A DNA stretch of 64,000 nt, taken from positions 192,001-256,000 of the forward strand of contig OZ245015.1 in the NCBI GenBank assembly GCA_965223705.1. The letters are read 5' to 3'. The translations under genes were made by a program, and so were the position numbers. Below are positions 38,218 to 48,378 of the stretch, piece after piece (position 1 is the stretch's first letter; every line of letters begins with the position of its first letter). This stretch comes from Myxococcota bacterium (lineage in GTDB: Bacteria > Myxococcota_A > UBA9160 > UBA6930). The notes below the pieces were generated by a model. That model saw nothing but the letters and a program-made list of their open reading frames with translations, was not told the DNA's origin and ran no database searches.

Positions 38218-39384
38218 CTAAGCAGGATAACTTTGAGGGGTGTTCGAGGCTAGACGGCTGGGCCGTTGCCTCACCCGAGGCGAGACGCAGAGTTCTCGGA
38301 ACAGCGCGTCCCAGCGGGCGGCGGCGACCGGAACGCTGTAGTGATCGAGAGCGCGCTGCCTTCCCGCGCGCGCGAGCCCGTGAGCGAGTGCGGGTTCGCG
38401 AAGCAAGCGTCGCAGTTGTGCGTACCATGCACCCTCGTCAGCGGCGAGTAGACCCGCGCGACCATGATCGAGAACTTCGGCCGTCGTACCGACCGGGCTC
38501 GCCACGACGGGAACGCCGCAGGACATGTACTGAATCGCCTTGAGGGCGCATTTACCCTGCGACCAAGTGGTGTCGGCCAGCGGCATGAGGCCGATGTCGA
38601 ACTCCGAGATGCGCTGCCATTCATCCGCTGCGTCGGTGCGGCGAAACGGTTCGCATTCGACCGTTACGCCCGGGCAGTCGAAAGAGCGCAAGCCCAAGAA
38701 GCGAAGCGTAAACCGCTCTTCTTCGGCGAGACGATGAAGCGCGCCGCGGATCGCGGCCAGATACGGCGCACCCGATGGCGCTCCGTACCATCCGATCACC
38801 GGCGGGTCGCCGCGGCGATCGAGGGGCTTCGCCAAGGCGCGCGCATCCACTACGGTGGGAATGACCTCGACCGATCGCGCGTGTTGTCGCGCATAAGCCG
38901 CCAGGATCGAATTCCCGGCGACCACGCGATCGCAACGCGCCAGCTGCTCCGGGAGAGCTCGATCCCGGCGCATCACGCGCTCGGAAACGCGGCGCAGGGC
39001 GCCCCCGCGGTCGCGCCGAGCGTACACGGCGTCGTCGAAGTCGTAGACGATGGGGACGCGAACCCTCGTCAGGGCGCGCCATAAACCAAAGGGAAGCACT
39101 TCCTTTTGAATCCACAGCGCGTCCCAGCGGTTCGCGGTGGCGAGGGCGAGCGCGCGCCTCGAGACCCGTAGTGGGAGCCGCGCAGCCGCGAGCCCGGCGC
39201 GCACCGGGGTCGGCAACGGCCGCACGCCGTATTCGACATCGAGCGTCTGGTCGCCCACCAACGGGACCGCGGTTACCGAGATGCCCCGTCGGCGGAGCTC
39301 CGGCACGAGTTGGTGGACCCGAAACCTCGCGCTCGGCTCGCGATCGGTACCCGTGGTCAAGCAGAGAACGCGCAACGGCTGCAT
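38218..39384 (-). CDS. GT4-family glycosyltransferase
   Basis: PSARFR, YDFDDA, DIGLMPL..GKCALK..QYM..GVPVVASPVG. Confidence 0.9.
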   Translation of the reverse strand: MQPLRVLCLTTGTDREPSARFRVHQLVPELRRRGISVTAVPLVGDQTLDVEYGVRPLPTPVRAGLAAARLPLRVSRRALALATANRWDALWIQKEVLPFGLWRALTRVRVPIVYDFDDAVYARRDRGGALRRVSERVMRRDRALPEQLARCDRVVAGNSILAAYARQHARSVEVIPTVVDARALAKPLDRRGDPPVIGWYGAPSGAPYLAAIRGALHRLAEEERFTLRFLGLRSFDCPGVTVECEPFRRTDAADEWQRISEFDIGLMPLADTTWSQGKCALKAIQYMSCGVPVVASPVGTTAEVLDHGRAGLLAADEGAWYAQLRRLLREPALAHGLARAGRQRALDHYSVPVAAARWDALFRELCVSPRVRQRPSRLASNTPQSYPA

Positions 39385-39481
39385 CAAGCCCCCGAATTCG
39401 GTGGAAAAAGGAGTCCCAGGGGTTTTCGGCGTTTCCCGACGAGCTCTTGAGGTCGGAAAGCGTCTCAGCGAGGCTCTCCCT

Positions 39482-40573
39482 GTGGGCGAGGAAGAAGTCG
39501 TCGAGCGGCCGGCCGAACCGATTCCGGCAGTGGTGATGGCCGGAGACCGCGGTGCGGCCAAGGCCGTGGCCGGCCAGAGCAAACCCTATCTAGAACTCGC
39601 CGGGCGGAGCCTCGTCGCGCACGCGGTGGCGGTCCTCCAGAACGTGCCCGAGATCTCTGAAGTCTGGGCAGTCGGCGACGCCAAGAGGCTCGAAGGCGCG
39701 CTGTCCCGCGTGTCTTCGGTTCTGACGAAGCCCCTCCGCATCGTCCCGCAGTTTCGCAACCTCTACGAGAACGCGTGGCTGACCTACCGCCGGGCGCAAC
39801 CGGGAGCGGGTCCCGAGGGTCGCGACCCCAGTGAGGCGGAGGCCCGCAGGCCCTTCCTCTACATGTCCGCGGATATCCCCTTCGCGACGCCCCAGGAAAT
39901 TCGCGCGTTCATTTCTCGCAGTCGCGAGGCTTCTTGCGATTACGCGCTCGGCCTCTCCGAAGCTTCGGCCCTGCGCTCTTTCGGCGATGACGAACCCGCC
40001 TTCCAGACGGCGTACTTCAACCTGCGGGAGGGACGATTTCGCCAGAACAACCTGCATCTCGTGAAACCCGCGAGGATCGGTCGGCGTCAGTTGATTGGCG
40101 AGATGTACCGACATCGCTACCAGCGCGAGCTGGGGAATGCCCTGGCCCTCGCCTGGCAGACGTTCCGGCGGGAAGGTGGCGGTGCCCCCGTCCTCTATTA
40201 CTACGCTCTGATGCACGTCGCGGGTTGGTTCGATCGACGAGGGATGCGGCGCGCGGCCGATCGTTTGCGTCGCGGCGTCTCGCTTCCGAAAGTGGAGTCG
40301 TGTATCTCGAGCCTTCTGGGGACGGAGTTCCGATTCGTCGTCACCGACATGGGTGGGTGCGCGCTCGATATCGACAACGCGGCACAGTGGGATGCGGCGC
40401 GGTCGCGCTACGAGATATGGCTCGAACGCCAGAAACGCTCCGCCGAAAATCTCTACGGCGCGATGCCGTCGCAAGCCGTCGGTCTCTACCGACCGGAAGT
40501 CGTGGCCACGGAACAGAGTCACGAAGACGGTTGGTACGTACCCAACGAACCGAATAGCGAGGAACGCCCGTGA
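39482..40573 (+). CDS. MobA-like nucleotidyltransferase (start uncertain)
   Basis: AVVMAG..K..L.LAGR, SADIP, LDIDN. Confidence 0.75.
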   Translation: MGEEEVVERPAEPIPAVVMAGDRGAAKAVAGQSKPYLELAGRSLVAHAVAVLQNVPEISEVWAVGDAKRLEGALSRVSSVLTKPLRIVPQFRNLYENAWLTYRRAQPGAGPEGRDPSEAEARRPFLYMSADIPFATPQEIRAFISRSREASCDYALGLSEASALRSFGDDEPAFQTAYFNLREGRFRQNNLHLVKPARIGRRQLIGEMYRHRYQRELGNALALAWQTFRREGGGAPVLYYYALMHVAGWFDRRGMRRAADRLRRGVSLPKVESCISSLLGTEFRFVVTDMGGCALDIDNAAQWDAARSRYEIWLERQKRSAENLYGAMPSQAVGLYRPEVVATEQSHEDGWYVPNEPNSEERP

Positions 40574-41514
40574 GCTCACCCGTCTGTACTTGGTACCCGC
40601 TTCCCCACCGCGGGGTGATCGCCATCCGCGGGGGTGACCGTGTCCGCTGGCTCAACGGGATGATCACGAATGAAGTCGCCGACCTCGGGGACGAGCAGAA
40701 CGTTCGGCGCGCGCTGCTCCTGTCTCGGCAGGGTCGCGTCTTGGCCGACTTCTACGTCATCGCTTGGGAAGAAGCGCTGTGGCTCGAGCTCGAAGCGGAG
40801 CACATCCCGGCGGTGATCGAGCACCTCGATCGGTACATCATTGCCGACGACGTCGAGCTCACCGACTGCCGCGCGGATTTCGCGCGCGCAGCTCTTGCGG
40901 GAGCGAAGGCTCGCGACGCCGTCGCAAGGGTCGCCGATGGCTCGCTGCCCGACGACCCCGGTCATGCAAAGAAGCTCGCCGTCGGGGGCGTTGACGCCGT
41001 TGTGGCGGCCTACACGTTCGGAGTTCGGGACGAACTGCAGTTTTTCGTCGCTCCCGGAGACGCGCCGCGACTCGCGGAAGTGCTCGGCGAGGTCTTGCCG
41101 GGGCTCGAACACGGCGATGTCGGTTCATGGGACGTCGCGCGCATCGAGGCGGGGACGCCGCGCCTCGGGTTCGAACTCGACGACACGGTGTTGCCGGACG
41201 AGGCCGGTCTGGGTGACGCCGTCTCGACGACCAAGGGTTGCTACACGGGTCAAGAGGTGATCGCGCGCCTGCGGTCGCGCGGGACGCTCAAACATCGGCT
41301 GGTCGGCTTGCGTTTCGCTTCCAAAGCAAAACTCGGCGATCCGCTGAGCGCCGAGGGCAAGCAGATCGGCGAAGTGACCAGTGCGACGGAGTCTCCCGGC
41401 CAGGGGTTCATCGGCCTGGGGTACGTGAAGGCCGAGCACGGCGCGCCCGGCGAAGAACTCGATTCCCCCGGCGGCCGCGTCGAGGTCGCCGCTGTGCCCT
41501 TCGAGCGCCCCTAG
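40570..41514 (+). CDS. ygfZ: Folate-binding protein YgfZ (GcvT family)
   Basis: KGCYTGQEVIAR signature. Confidence 0.9.
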   Translation: MSSPVCTWYPLPHRGVIAIRGGDRVRWLNGMITNEVADLGDEQNVRRALLLSRQGRVLADFYVIAWEEALWLELEAEHIPAVIEHLDRYIIADDVELTDCRADFARAALAGAKARDAVARVADGSLPDDPGHAKKLAVGGVDAVVAAYTFGVRDELQFFVAPGDAPRLAEVLGEVLPGLEHGDVGSWDVARIEAGTPRLGFELDDTVLPDEAGLGDAVSTTKGCYTGQEVIARLRSRGTLKHRLVGLRFASKAKLGDPLSAEGKQIGEVTSATESPGQGFIGLGYVKAEHGAPGEELDSPGGRVEVAAVPFERP

Positions 41515-41515
41515 C

Positions 41516-42190
41516 ATGGGCCCCGTCCTGGCCGTGTTCGCGAAGGCGCCTCGGCCCGGGACGGTCAAGACCCGACTCACGCCACCGCTCTTGCCGGAGG
41601 TCGCGGCGAACTTTTACGCCGCGATGCTCGCGGACACCCTGCGCGAGTCCACCCGCGCGGGGGATCGCTTCGGTTTCGCCGTCGTGCTTTTCGGCTACCC
41701 GGAAGACGGCCTTTCCGAGATGCTGGCTCTCGCGCCCGCCGGCGTGCTTCCCCGGGTGCAGCGCGGCGAAGGGCTCGGGCGGCGCATGGCGATGGCCGCG
41801 GACGAGTTGTTCGCGGCGGGCTACGGACCGGTCGTCATCCGCGGCAGCGATAGCCCCGGCGTCACGATGGAGTCGCTCGGAGACGCCTTTGCCGCTCTCG
41901 CGTCTGCGGACGTCGTACTCGGACCCGATCGCGATGGCGGCTATCACCTGGTAGGCCTCGCCCGACCCGAGCCGCGGATCTTCGAGGTCCCCATGAGCAC
42001 GCCTCGCGTATTCCAGGCCACTGAGCAGCGGGTCGCACAGCTCGGACTGCGCTGCGCCGTCCAGGCCCCGGGGTTCGATGTCGACACCGTCGAGGATCTG
42101 GTTTTTCTGCGCTCCTGCACCCCCACAACCTGTCGCGAGACGCTGGCCTTCGCCGATCGACACGACCTCTGGCGCCATCTGAACCCATAG
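41516..42190 (+). CDS. DUF2064/TIGR04282-type glycosyltransferase-like protein
   Basis: VFAKAP.PG.VKTRL, QRGEGLG.RM, GSDSP, GPDRDGGYHL, DVDT.EDL. Confidence 0.85.
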   Translation: MGPVLAVFAKAPRPGTVKTRLTPPLLPEVAANFYAAMLADTLRESTRAGDRFGFAVVLFGYPEDGLSEMLALAPAGVLPRVQRGEGLGRRMAMAADELFAAGYGPVVIRGSDSPGVTMESLGDAFAALASADVVLGPDRDGGYHLVGLARPEPRIFEVPMSTPRVFQATEQRVAQLGLRCAVQAPGFDVDTVEDLVFLRSCTPTTCRETLAFADRHDLWRHLNP

Positions 42191-42277
42191 TTGCCTATCG
42201 AACGGGCACGGCCTGATTCCCAAGCGAGCAGACGCCGCTCGAGTCGGGCGGCCCTGCCCGCTCCGGGCCGTTCCCTC

Positions 42278-42293
42278 TGGCACGCCCTTTGCT
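42278..42293 (+). promoter_or_regulatory. sigma54 promoter of the porin-PII operon
   Basis: TGGCAC-GCCCT-TTGCT, exact consensus. Confidence 0.85.
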
Positions 42294-42390
42294 CTAGCCA
42301 CATGAGGCCCGCGAACAGGACGGAGGGGTTCGTCCCTTTTCCCGGTGCCGCGCTGCGCCCAGGTAGCGCGAAAGTCAAAGGAGGAAGCAG

Positions 42391-43740
42391 ATGCGAAGGA
42401 TCAGGGCTATCGCCGTTGCGGCGATCGCGCTCCTGCTCGCCCCCCAGGTTTCGGCTACGGAAGCCGACGTGGCGGCGGAGCTACAGGCCATGCGGGAGCG
42501 GATGAATCAGCTGGAGCAACGGCTGGAGGCGACGTCGGATGAGTTGGCCGACGCGAACGCGCGGGTCGAGGAGCAGCACCAACTCATCGAGCGATCGGGG
42601 TTGGCCGACGGTGAGGCGACGAGTTCGGGTCTCGCTTCTTTTCTCGAGAACGTCGAGATGGGCGGTTGGATCAGCGGTAGCTACGTCTACAACTTCGAAG
42701 GCCACGACGATGAGGTGCTCGGTGGGGCGAACAGCGGTCCCGGTGTGCTTCCGTTCAAGGGCGACTCCAACAGCTTCCAACTCGATCAGCTGTGGTTCGA
42801 GATCGAGAAGGGCGTCACCGAGGACAGCCGCGCCGGTTTCCGGGCAGACATCGTGTACGGCAAGACCGCCGGCCTGTTGAACGGTTGTTTCGCATGCGCC
42901 GACGGAACACTCGGCGACGAGATCGAACTCTACCAAGCGTACGTTCAGTATCTCGCTCCGATTTTCGGAGGCACGACCTTCAAGTTCGGTAAGTTCGGCA
43001 CCGTGATCGGCGCCGAGGTCGCGGGCGCGCGGGACAACTTCAATATCACGCGTGGCCATGTCTACAACTTGTTCGAGCCGATTACCCACGTCGGTATTTT
43101 GGCCTCGACCGACTTTGGAGGCGGTGGCTCGATCTCACTGGGTCTCGTCAACGAAACACGGTCTTTCCCGGGCGCAGACATTGACCTGAACAACAACAAG
43201 GCGGTCCTCTGGTCGCTCGGTTGGGGTTGGGACACCGTCGGAGTCTCGTTCGCCGGTGCGTACGGCGATGCGGACAGCGGCCAAGGCGCGTCGCTGCCCT
43301 CGAGCAACAAAGAGATGATCCTCGACTTCATCTTGTCGTGGGATCCGTCGGACAATTTCTCGGCCTATATCAACGCCGACTACATCGACAGCGAGAACAG
43401 CACCGACCGCACGTCGGAGTTCGACGGCTACGGGATTTCGGTGGCGGGGCGCTTGGCGCTTACCGATCGGCTGGGAATCGCGTTGCGCGGCGAGTACGCG
43501 ACCCTCGAGTCGGATGCTCCGCAGGTCATGGGCGTTTCCTCCGAAGAGCTCACGCTCTACGGCATTACGGGAACCGTCGACTACGCGCTGACTTCCGACC
43601 TCATGGTCAAGGCGGAACTCCGCTACGACAGTTCCGATTCTTCGGACACGTTCTTCGAGAATGCGTTTATCGGAGAGGAAGGCCTCTTCACAGAGGACGA
43701 TCAGTTCATTGGGGCGGTGGAGGTGCTCTACACGTTCTAG
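42391..43740 (+). CDS. Outer-membrane beta-barrel porin (BBP2-like) with N-terminal coiled coil
   Basis: Signal peptide, QAYV..GKFGT.IGAE, KAELRYD, terminal YTF; GGAGG RBS. Confidence 0.85.
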   Translation: MRRIRAIAVAAIALLLAPQVSATEADVAAELQAMRERMNQLEQRLEATSDELADANARVEEQHQLIERSGLADGEATSSGLASFLENVEMGGWISGSYVYNFEGHDDEVLGGANSGPGVLPFKGDSNSFQLDQLWFEIEKGVTEDSRAGFRADIVYGKTAGLLNGCFACADGTLGDEIELYQAYVQYLAPIFGGTTFKFGKFGTVIGAEVAGARDNFNITRGHVYNLFEPITHVGILASTDFGGGGSISLGLVNETRSFPGADIDLNNNKAVLWSLGWGWDTVGVSFAGAYGDADSGQGASLPSSNKEMILDFILSWDPSDNFSAYINADYIDSENSTDRTSEFDGYGISVAGRLALTDRLGIALRGEYATLESDAPQVMGVSSEELTLYGITGTVDYALTSDLMVKAELRYDSSDSSDTFFENAFIGEEGLFTEDDQFIGAVEVLYTF

Positions 43741-43753
43741 ACGGACGGAGCCT

Positions 43754-43783
43754 TCGGCCCGGAGCGGGAGCGCTCCGGGCCGA
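43754..43783. other. 13 bp perfect intercistronic hairpin
   Basis: TCGGCCCGGAGCG-GGAG-CGCTCCGGGCCGA; no U tract. Confidence 0.6.
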
Positions 43784-43834
43784 TATCCCCTCGAAAAGTC
43801 CGCTACGGTCGATCAGCGCGACGTGATACCGTAA

Positions 43835-44975
<1,141 letters not shown>

Positions 44976-44979
<4 letters not shown>

Positions 44980-45848
44980 ATGAGGCCGAACTCCTTCAAG
45001 GCGACTTGCAAACGCTCGCGGTTCGTCGCGGTGATCGGCAAGAGCGGCAGCCGAATTTCTTCGCGCACCAAACCGCGGAGAGCGAGCGCCGCTTTCACCG
45101 GGATCGGGTTGGTCTCGCAGAACATCGCTTGGATCAGCGGCAGCAAGTTGTAGTGGACGCTCCGCGCCCGCTCGAGGTCGCCGGCGCGGAACGCGCGGAC
45201 CAGTGCGACCATCTCGGCCGGCGCGACGTTCGATACCGTGGAGATCACCCCGCGACCACCGACGGAGAGAAGCGGCAGCGTCAACGCGTCGTCGCCCGAC
45301 AGGAACACGAACTCCGGCGGGCACGCGGCGATCGCGAGCGACATCTGTTCGAGGTCGCCACACGCTTCTTTCACGCCGACGACTTGGGGGATCTCCGCGA
45401 GTCGCCCCATGGTGGCGGGCTGGATGTTCGATGCGGTTCGCCCGGGGATGTTGTAGACGACGAGCGGGAAGCCCGTCTCGCTTCCGATCCGCTCGTAGTG
45501 GGCGACGATCCCGTCTTGGGTCGGCTTGTTGTAGTAGGGCGAAATGAGCAGCGCGCCGTCGGCGCCGGCGTCTTTCGCGTGCTGGGTGAGTTCGATGGCT
45601 TCCGCCGTCGCGTTCGATCCGGTGCCGGCGAGGACCGGAACGCGGCCTCGCGCTGCGGCCACCACCACTTCGACGACCCGCTGATGTTCCGCGTGGGAGA
45701 GCGTCGCGGATTCCCCGGTCGAACCGCAGGGCACGAGCCCGTCGACCCCGGCAGCGATTTGCAGCTCGACGAGTTCCCCAAGCGCCGGCTCGTCGATCTG
45801 GTCGTCGCGGAACGGAGTGACGAGTGCGGTAAAGACACCTTGAAACAT
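44976..45848 (-). CDS. dapA: 4-hydroxy-tetrahydrodipicolinate synthase
   Basis: GSTGES, PYYNKP, YNIPGRT, GVKEA, ETNPIPVK. Confidence 0.96.
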
Positions 45849-46711
45849 CACGATCCTCCCGGTCTCGAGACCGGCGGCCAGGGGGCCTCGCCGGTAAACA
45901 CTTCCGCTGCGGGACCGGTCATCAACACGTGCGCTTCCGGCGATTCCCAGACGATCTCGAGTTCTCCGCCGCGGAGCTCGATGCGGACCCTGGGATCGCC
46001 CGCGCCCAGGAGGTTCACCGCAACGCCGACGGCACAAGCACCGCTCCCGCACGCGAGGGTTTCGCCGACACCGCGCTCCCAGGTCCGCTGCCGCCAGTGA
46101 TCGCGCGACCGGCGTTCGATGAACTCGACGTTCGTCCGGTTCGGAAAAGCCGCGTGGTTTTCGATGAGGGGTCCGAGGGTTTCGACCGGCGCGCGATCGA
46201 CGTCGTCGACGACCACGACCGCGTGGGGATTCCCCATGGAAACGCAGGTCACGCGCACTTCGTCGCTACCGAGGGAGAGCGGCGTATCGATGACGGGGTC
46301 GTCGCCTCCGCCGAGGGTCGTCGGGACCTTCGCCGGAGCGAGGATCGGCCGACCCATGTCGACGCAGACGCGGTCGTCCCCCATCCATCGCGGAGTCACG
46401 ACGCCGCCGAGTGTCTCGATCTTCAACGTGTCGGCGCTCGCGATTCCGCGGTCGCGCAGGTATTTCTGGAACGCGCGGAGGCCGTTGCCGCACATCTCGA
46501 CTTCGCCGCCCTCGGCGTTCCAGATCTCCATGCGGAAATCCGCGACTTGCGAATTCCGGACGACCAGCAGTTGATCGAACCCGATGCCGAACTGGCGGTG
46601 GGCATAAGCGCGACAGAACGCGTCGAGCGGCGGGAGTTCCCCGCCTCGTCCGTCGAGAACGACGAAGTCGTTGCCCGCGCCGTGCATTTTCACGAAGGGA
46701 ACCGAAGCCAT
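45848..46711 (-). CDS. dapF: Diaminopimelate epimerase
   Basis: KMHGAGNDF, MCGNG, GNPH, ERGVGETLACGSG. Confidence 0.96.
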   Translation of the reverse strand: MASVPFVKMHGAGNDFVVLDGRGGELPPLDAFCRAYAHRQFGIGFDQLLVVRNSQVADFRMEIWNAEGGEVEMCGNGLRAFQKYLRDRGIASADTLKIETLGGVVTPRWMGDDRVCVDMGRPILAPAKVPTTLGGGDDPVIDTPLSLGSDEVRVTCVSMGNPHAVVVVDDVDRAPVETLGPLIENHAAFPNRTNVEFIERRSRDHWRQRTWERGVGETLACGSGACAVGVAVNLLGAGDPRVRIELRGGELEIVWESPEAHVLMTGPAAEVFTGEAPWPPVSRPGGS

Positions 46712-46863
46712 TACGGTTGTACCTCGTCGTCGGACTCTCCCGACGTCTCCTCGACTTTCGCATCGTCGGGCGTCGCGATGCGTTCGGGCGGGCCGTAGCG
46801 GCCGCAACCGATTGCGACGGAGATCGCTACCGCGAAGCAGACGCCGAACGCCGCGCGTCTCAT
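46711..46863 (-). CDS. 50 aa lipoprotein, LptM/YifL-like (not in ORF track)
   Basis: MRRAAFGVCFAVAISVAIGCGRYGPPERIATPDDAKVEETSGESDDEVQP; overlaps argH stop (ATGA) and dapF start (TAATG). Confidence 0.75.
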   Translation of the reverse strand: MRRAAFGVCFAVAISVAIGCGRYGPPERIATPDDAKVEETSGESDDEVQP

Positions 46864-48272
46864 ACCGACTCTCCCAAAACTCGTCTCTCCGCTTCGAGCC
46901 GCGCCTCGGTCGCTTGCAACGCCTCTTCGACGCGCCGCCGGGACGTTCCGCCGATCCCGTCGCGGGATTCGATCGAGCGCTCCAGGCCGATCAGTCTCGA
47001 GGCCGCATCCGGGAACGCTTCGTGAAACACCCGGAGCTCGTCGTGGGTCAAAGTCCGTGGGTCACGCTCTGCATCGAGGCAGTGCCGCACGAGCTTCCCA
47101 ACCACTTCGTGGGCCTCTCGAAACGGCACGCCCGCGAGCACCAGGATCTCGGCAAAATCCGTCGCTAGCAACATCGGATCCTCGGCCGCTCGCCGCATGG
47201 CGTCTCCGCGCACAGTCAGTGTCGCCACCGCGCCGGACATCACCAGCAAGCAGTCGCGCAGGGTCTCCGCCGTATCGAACACCGGCTCCTTGTCCTCTTG
47301 CAGATCGCGATTGTAGGTCAGGGGGAGGCCCTTCAGAACCGTGAGCAGCGCCACGAGGTTCCCGATGCCGCGACCCGACTTACCGCGGACCAGCTCGGGG
47401 ACGTCGGGGTTCTTTTTCTGAGGCATCAGGCTCGAGCCGGTGGAGAACGCGTCCGACAGCTCGATGAATCCGAACTCGCTACTCGACCACAACACGAGCT
47501 CTTCCGCGAGCCGCGAGAGATGCACCAGGGCGATCGCGCCGCACGAGAGAAACTCGAGCGCACTGTCGCGAGCTGCCACGGTGTCCATACTGTTCGCCGT
47601 CGGTCCCTCGAAGCCCAGCGCTTTCGCCGTGAACTCGCGGTCGAGTGGCAGCGTCGAACCTGCCATAGCGCCTGCCCCCAGCGGGGAGCGGCGGAGCCGC
47701 CCGTCGAGATCCGCGAAGCGCTGCGCGTCTCGCGACAGGACTTCGACGTGCGCGAGCCAGTGATGAGCAAGGCGAACCGGCTGAGCTCGCTGCAAATGGG
47801 TGTAACCGGGAAGGAGCGTCTCGACGTGTTCGCGCGCGCGCGTGGTGAGCGTCGCCTGCAGGTCGAGGAGACCCCGGCGCGTGGCGACGGCGGTTTCCCG
47901 CAGGAAAAGCGCGAAGTCCGTCGCCACTTGATCGTTGCGACTGCGACCCGTGTGGAGCCGACCGGCGACCGGGCCCGCGAGTTCCCGCAGCCGTGCCTCG
48001 ACGTTCATATGAATATCTTCGAACGCGGGATCGAATGGGAACGAGCCGTCCTCGAGTTCTCCCTCGACCCGATCGAGGCCCGCGAGAAGATCGGTGAGAT
48101 CGGCTTCGGAGAGGATCCCGATCTCGGCCAACATCCGGGCGTGCGCGCGAGAGCCTCGCAGGTCGAAGCGCGCCAGCGCACGGTCGAAGTGAATCGACGC
48201 GCTGAAGCGCTCGACGTCGGCATCGGTGGCCTGATCGAAGCGGCCGCCCCACGGTTTTCGGCTTTCGCTCAT
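46860..48272 (-). CDS. argH: Argininosuccinate lyase
   Basis: WGGRF, RSRNDQ, GYTHLQRAQP, GSSLMPQKKNPD; ATG 48272. Confidence 0.97.
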   Translation of the reverse strand: MSESRKPWGGRFDQATDADVERFSASIHFDRALARFDLRGSRAHARMLAEIGILSEADLTDLLAGLDRVEGELEDGSFPFDPAFEDIHMNVEARLRELAGPVAGRLHTGRSRNDQVATDFALFLRETAVATRRGLLDLQATLTTRAREHVETLLPGYTHLQRAQPVRLAHHWLAHVEVLSRDAQRFADLDGRLRRSPLGAGAMAGSTLPLDREFTAKALGFEGPTANSMDTVAARDSALEFLSCGAIALVHLSRLAEELVLWSSSEFGFIELSDAFSTGSSLMPQKKNPDVPELVRGKSGRGIGNLVALLTVLKGLPLTYNRDLQEDKEPVFDTAETLRDCLLVMSGAVATLTVRGDAMRRAAEDPMLLATDFAEILVLAGVPFREAHEVVGKLVRHCLDAERDPRTLTHDELRVFHEAFPDAASRLIGLERSIESRDGIGGTSRRRVEEALQATEARLEAERRVLGESV

Positions 48273-48378
48273 GCACGAGACTCTGGGAGAAGGCCCGAGG
48301 ACGCGCAACCGGTGGTTTGCGGGCCGATCGGGGTGGCGGTCCGTCGCGGCTTTGCGAGTCTCGTCGGGCGAGGGTGAG

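Noticed and set aside
36276..39384. Genomic island integrated at tRNA-Ala
   Set aside because: No integrase and no duplicated tRNA 3' end seen
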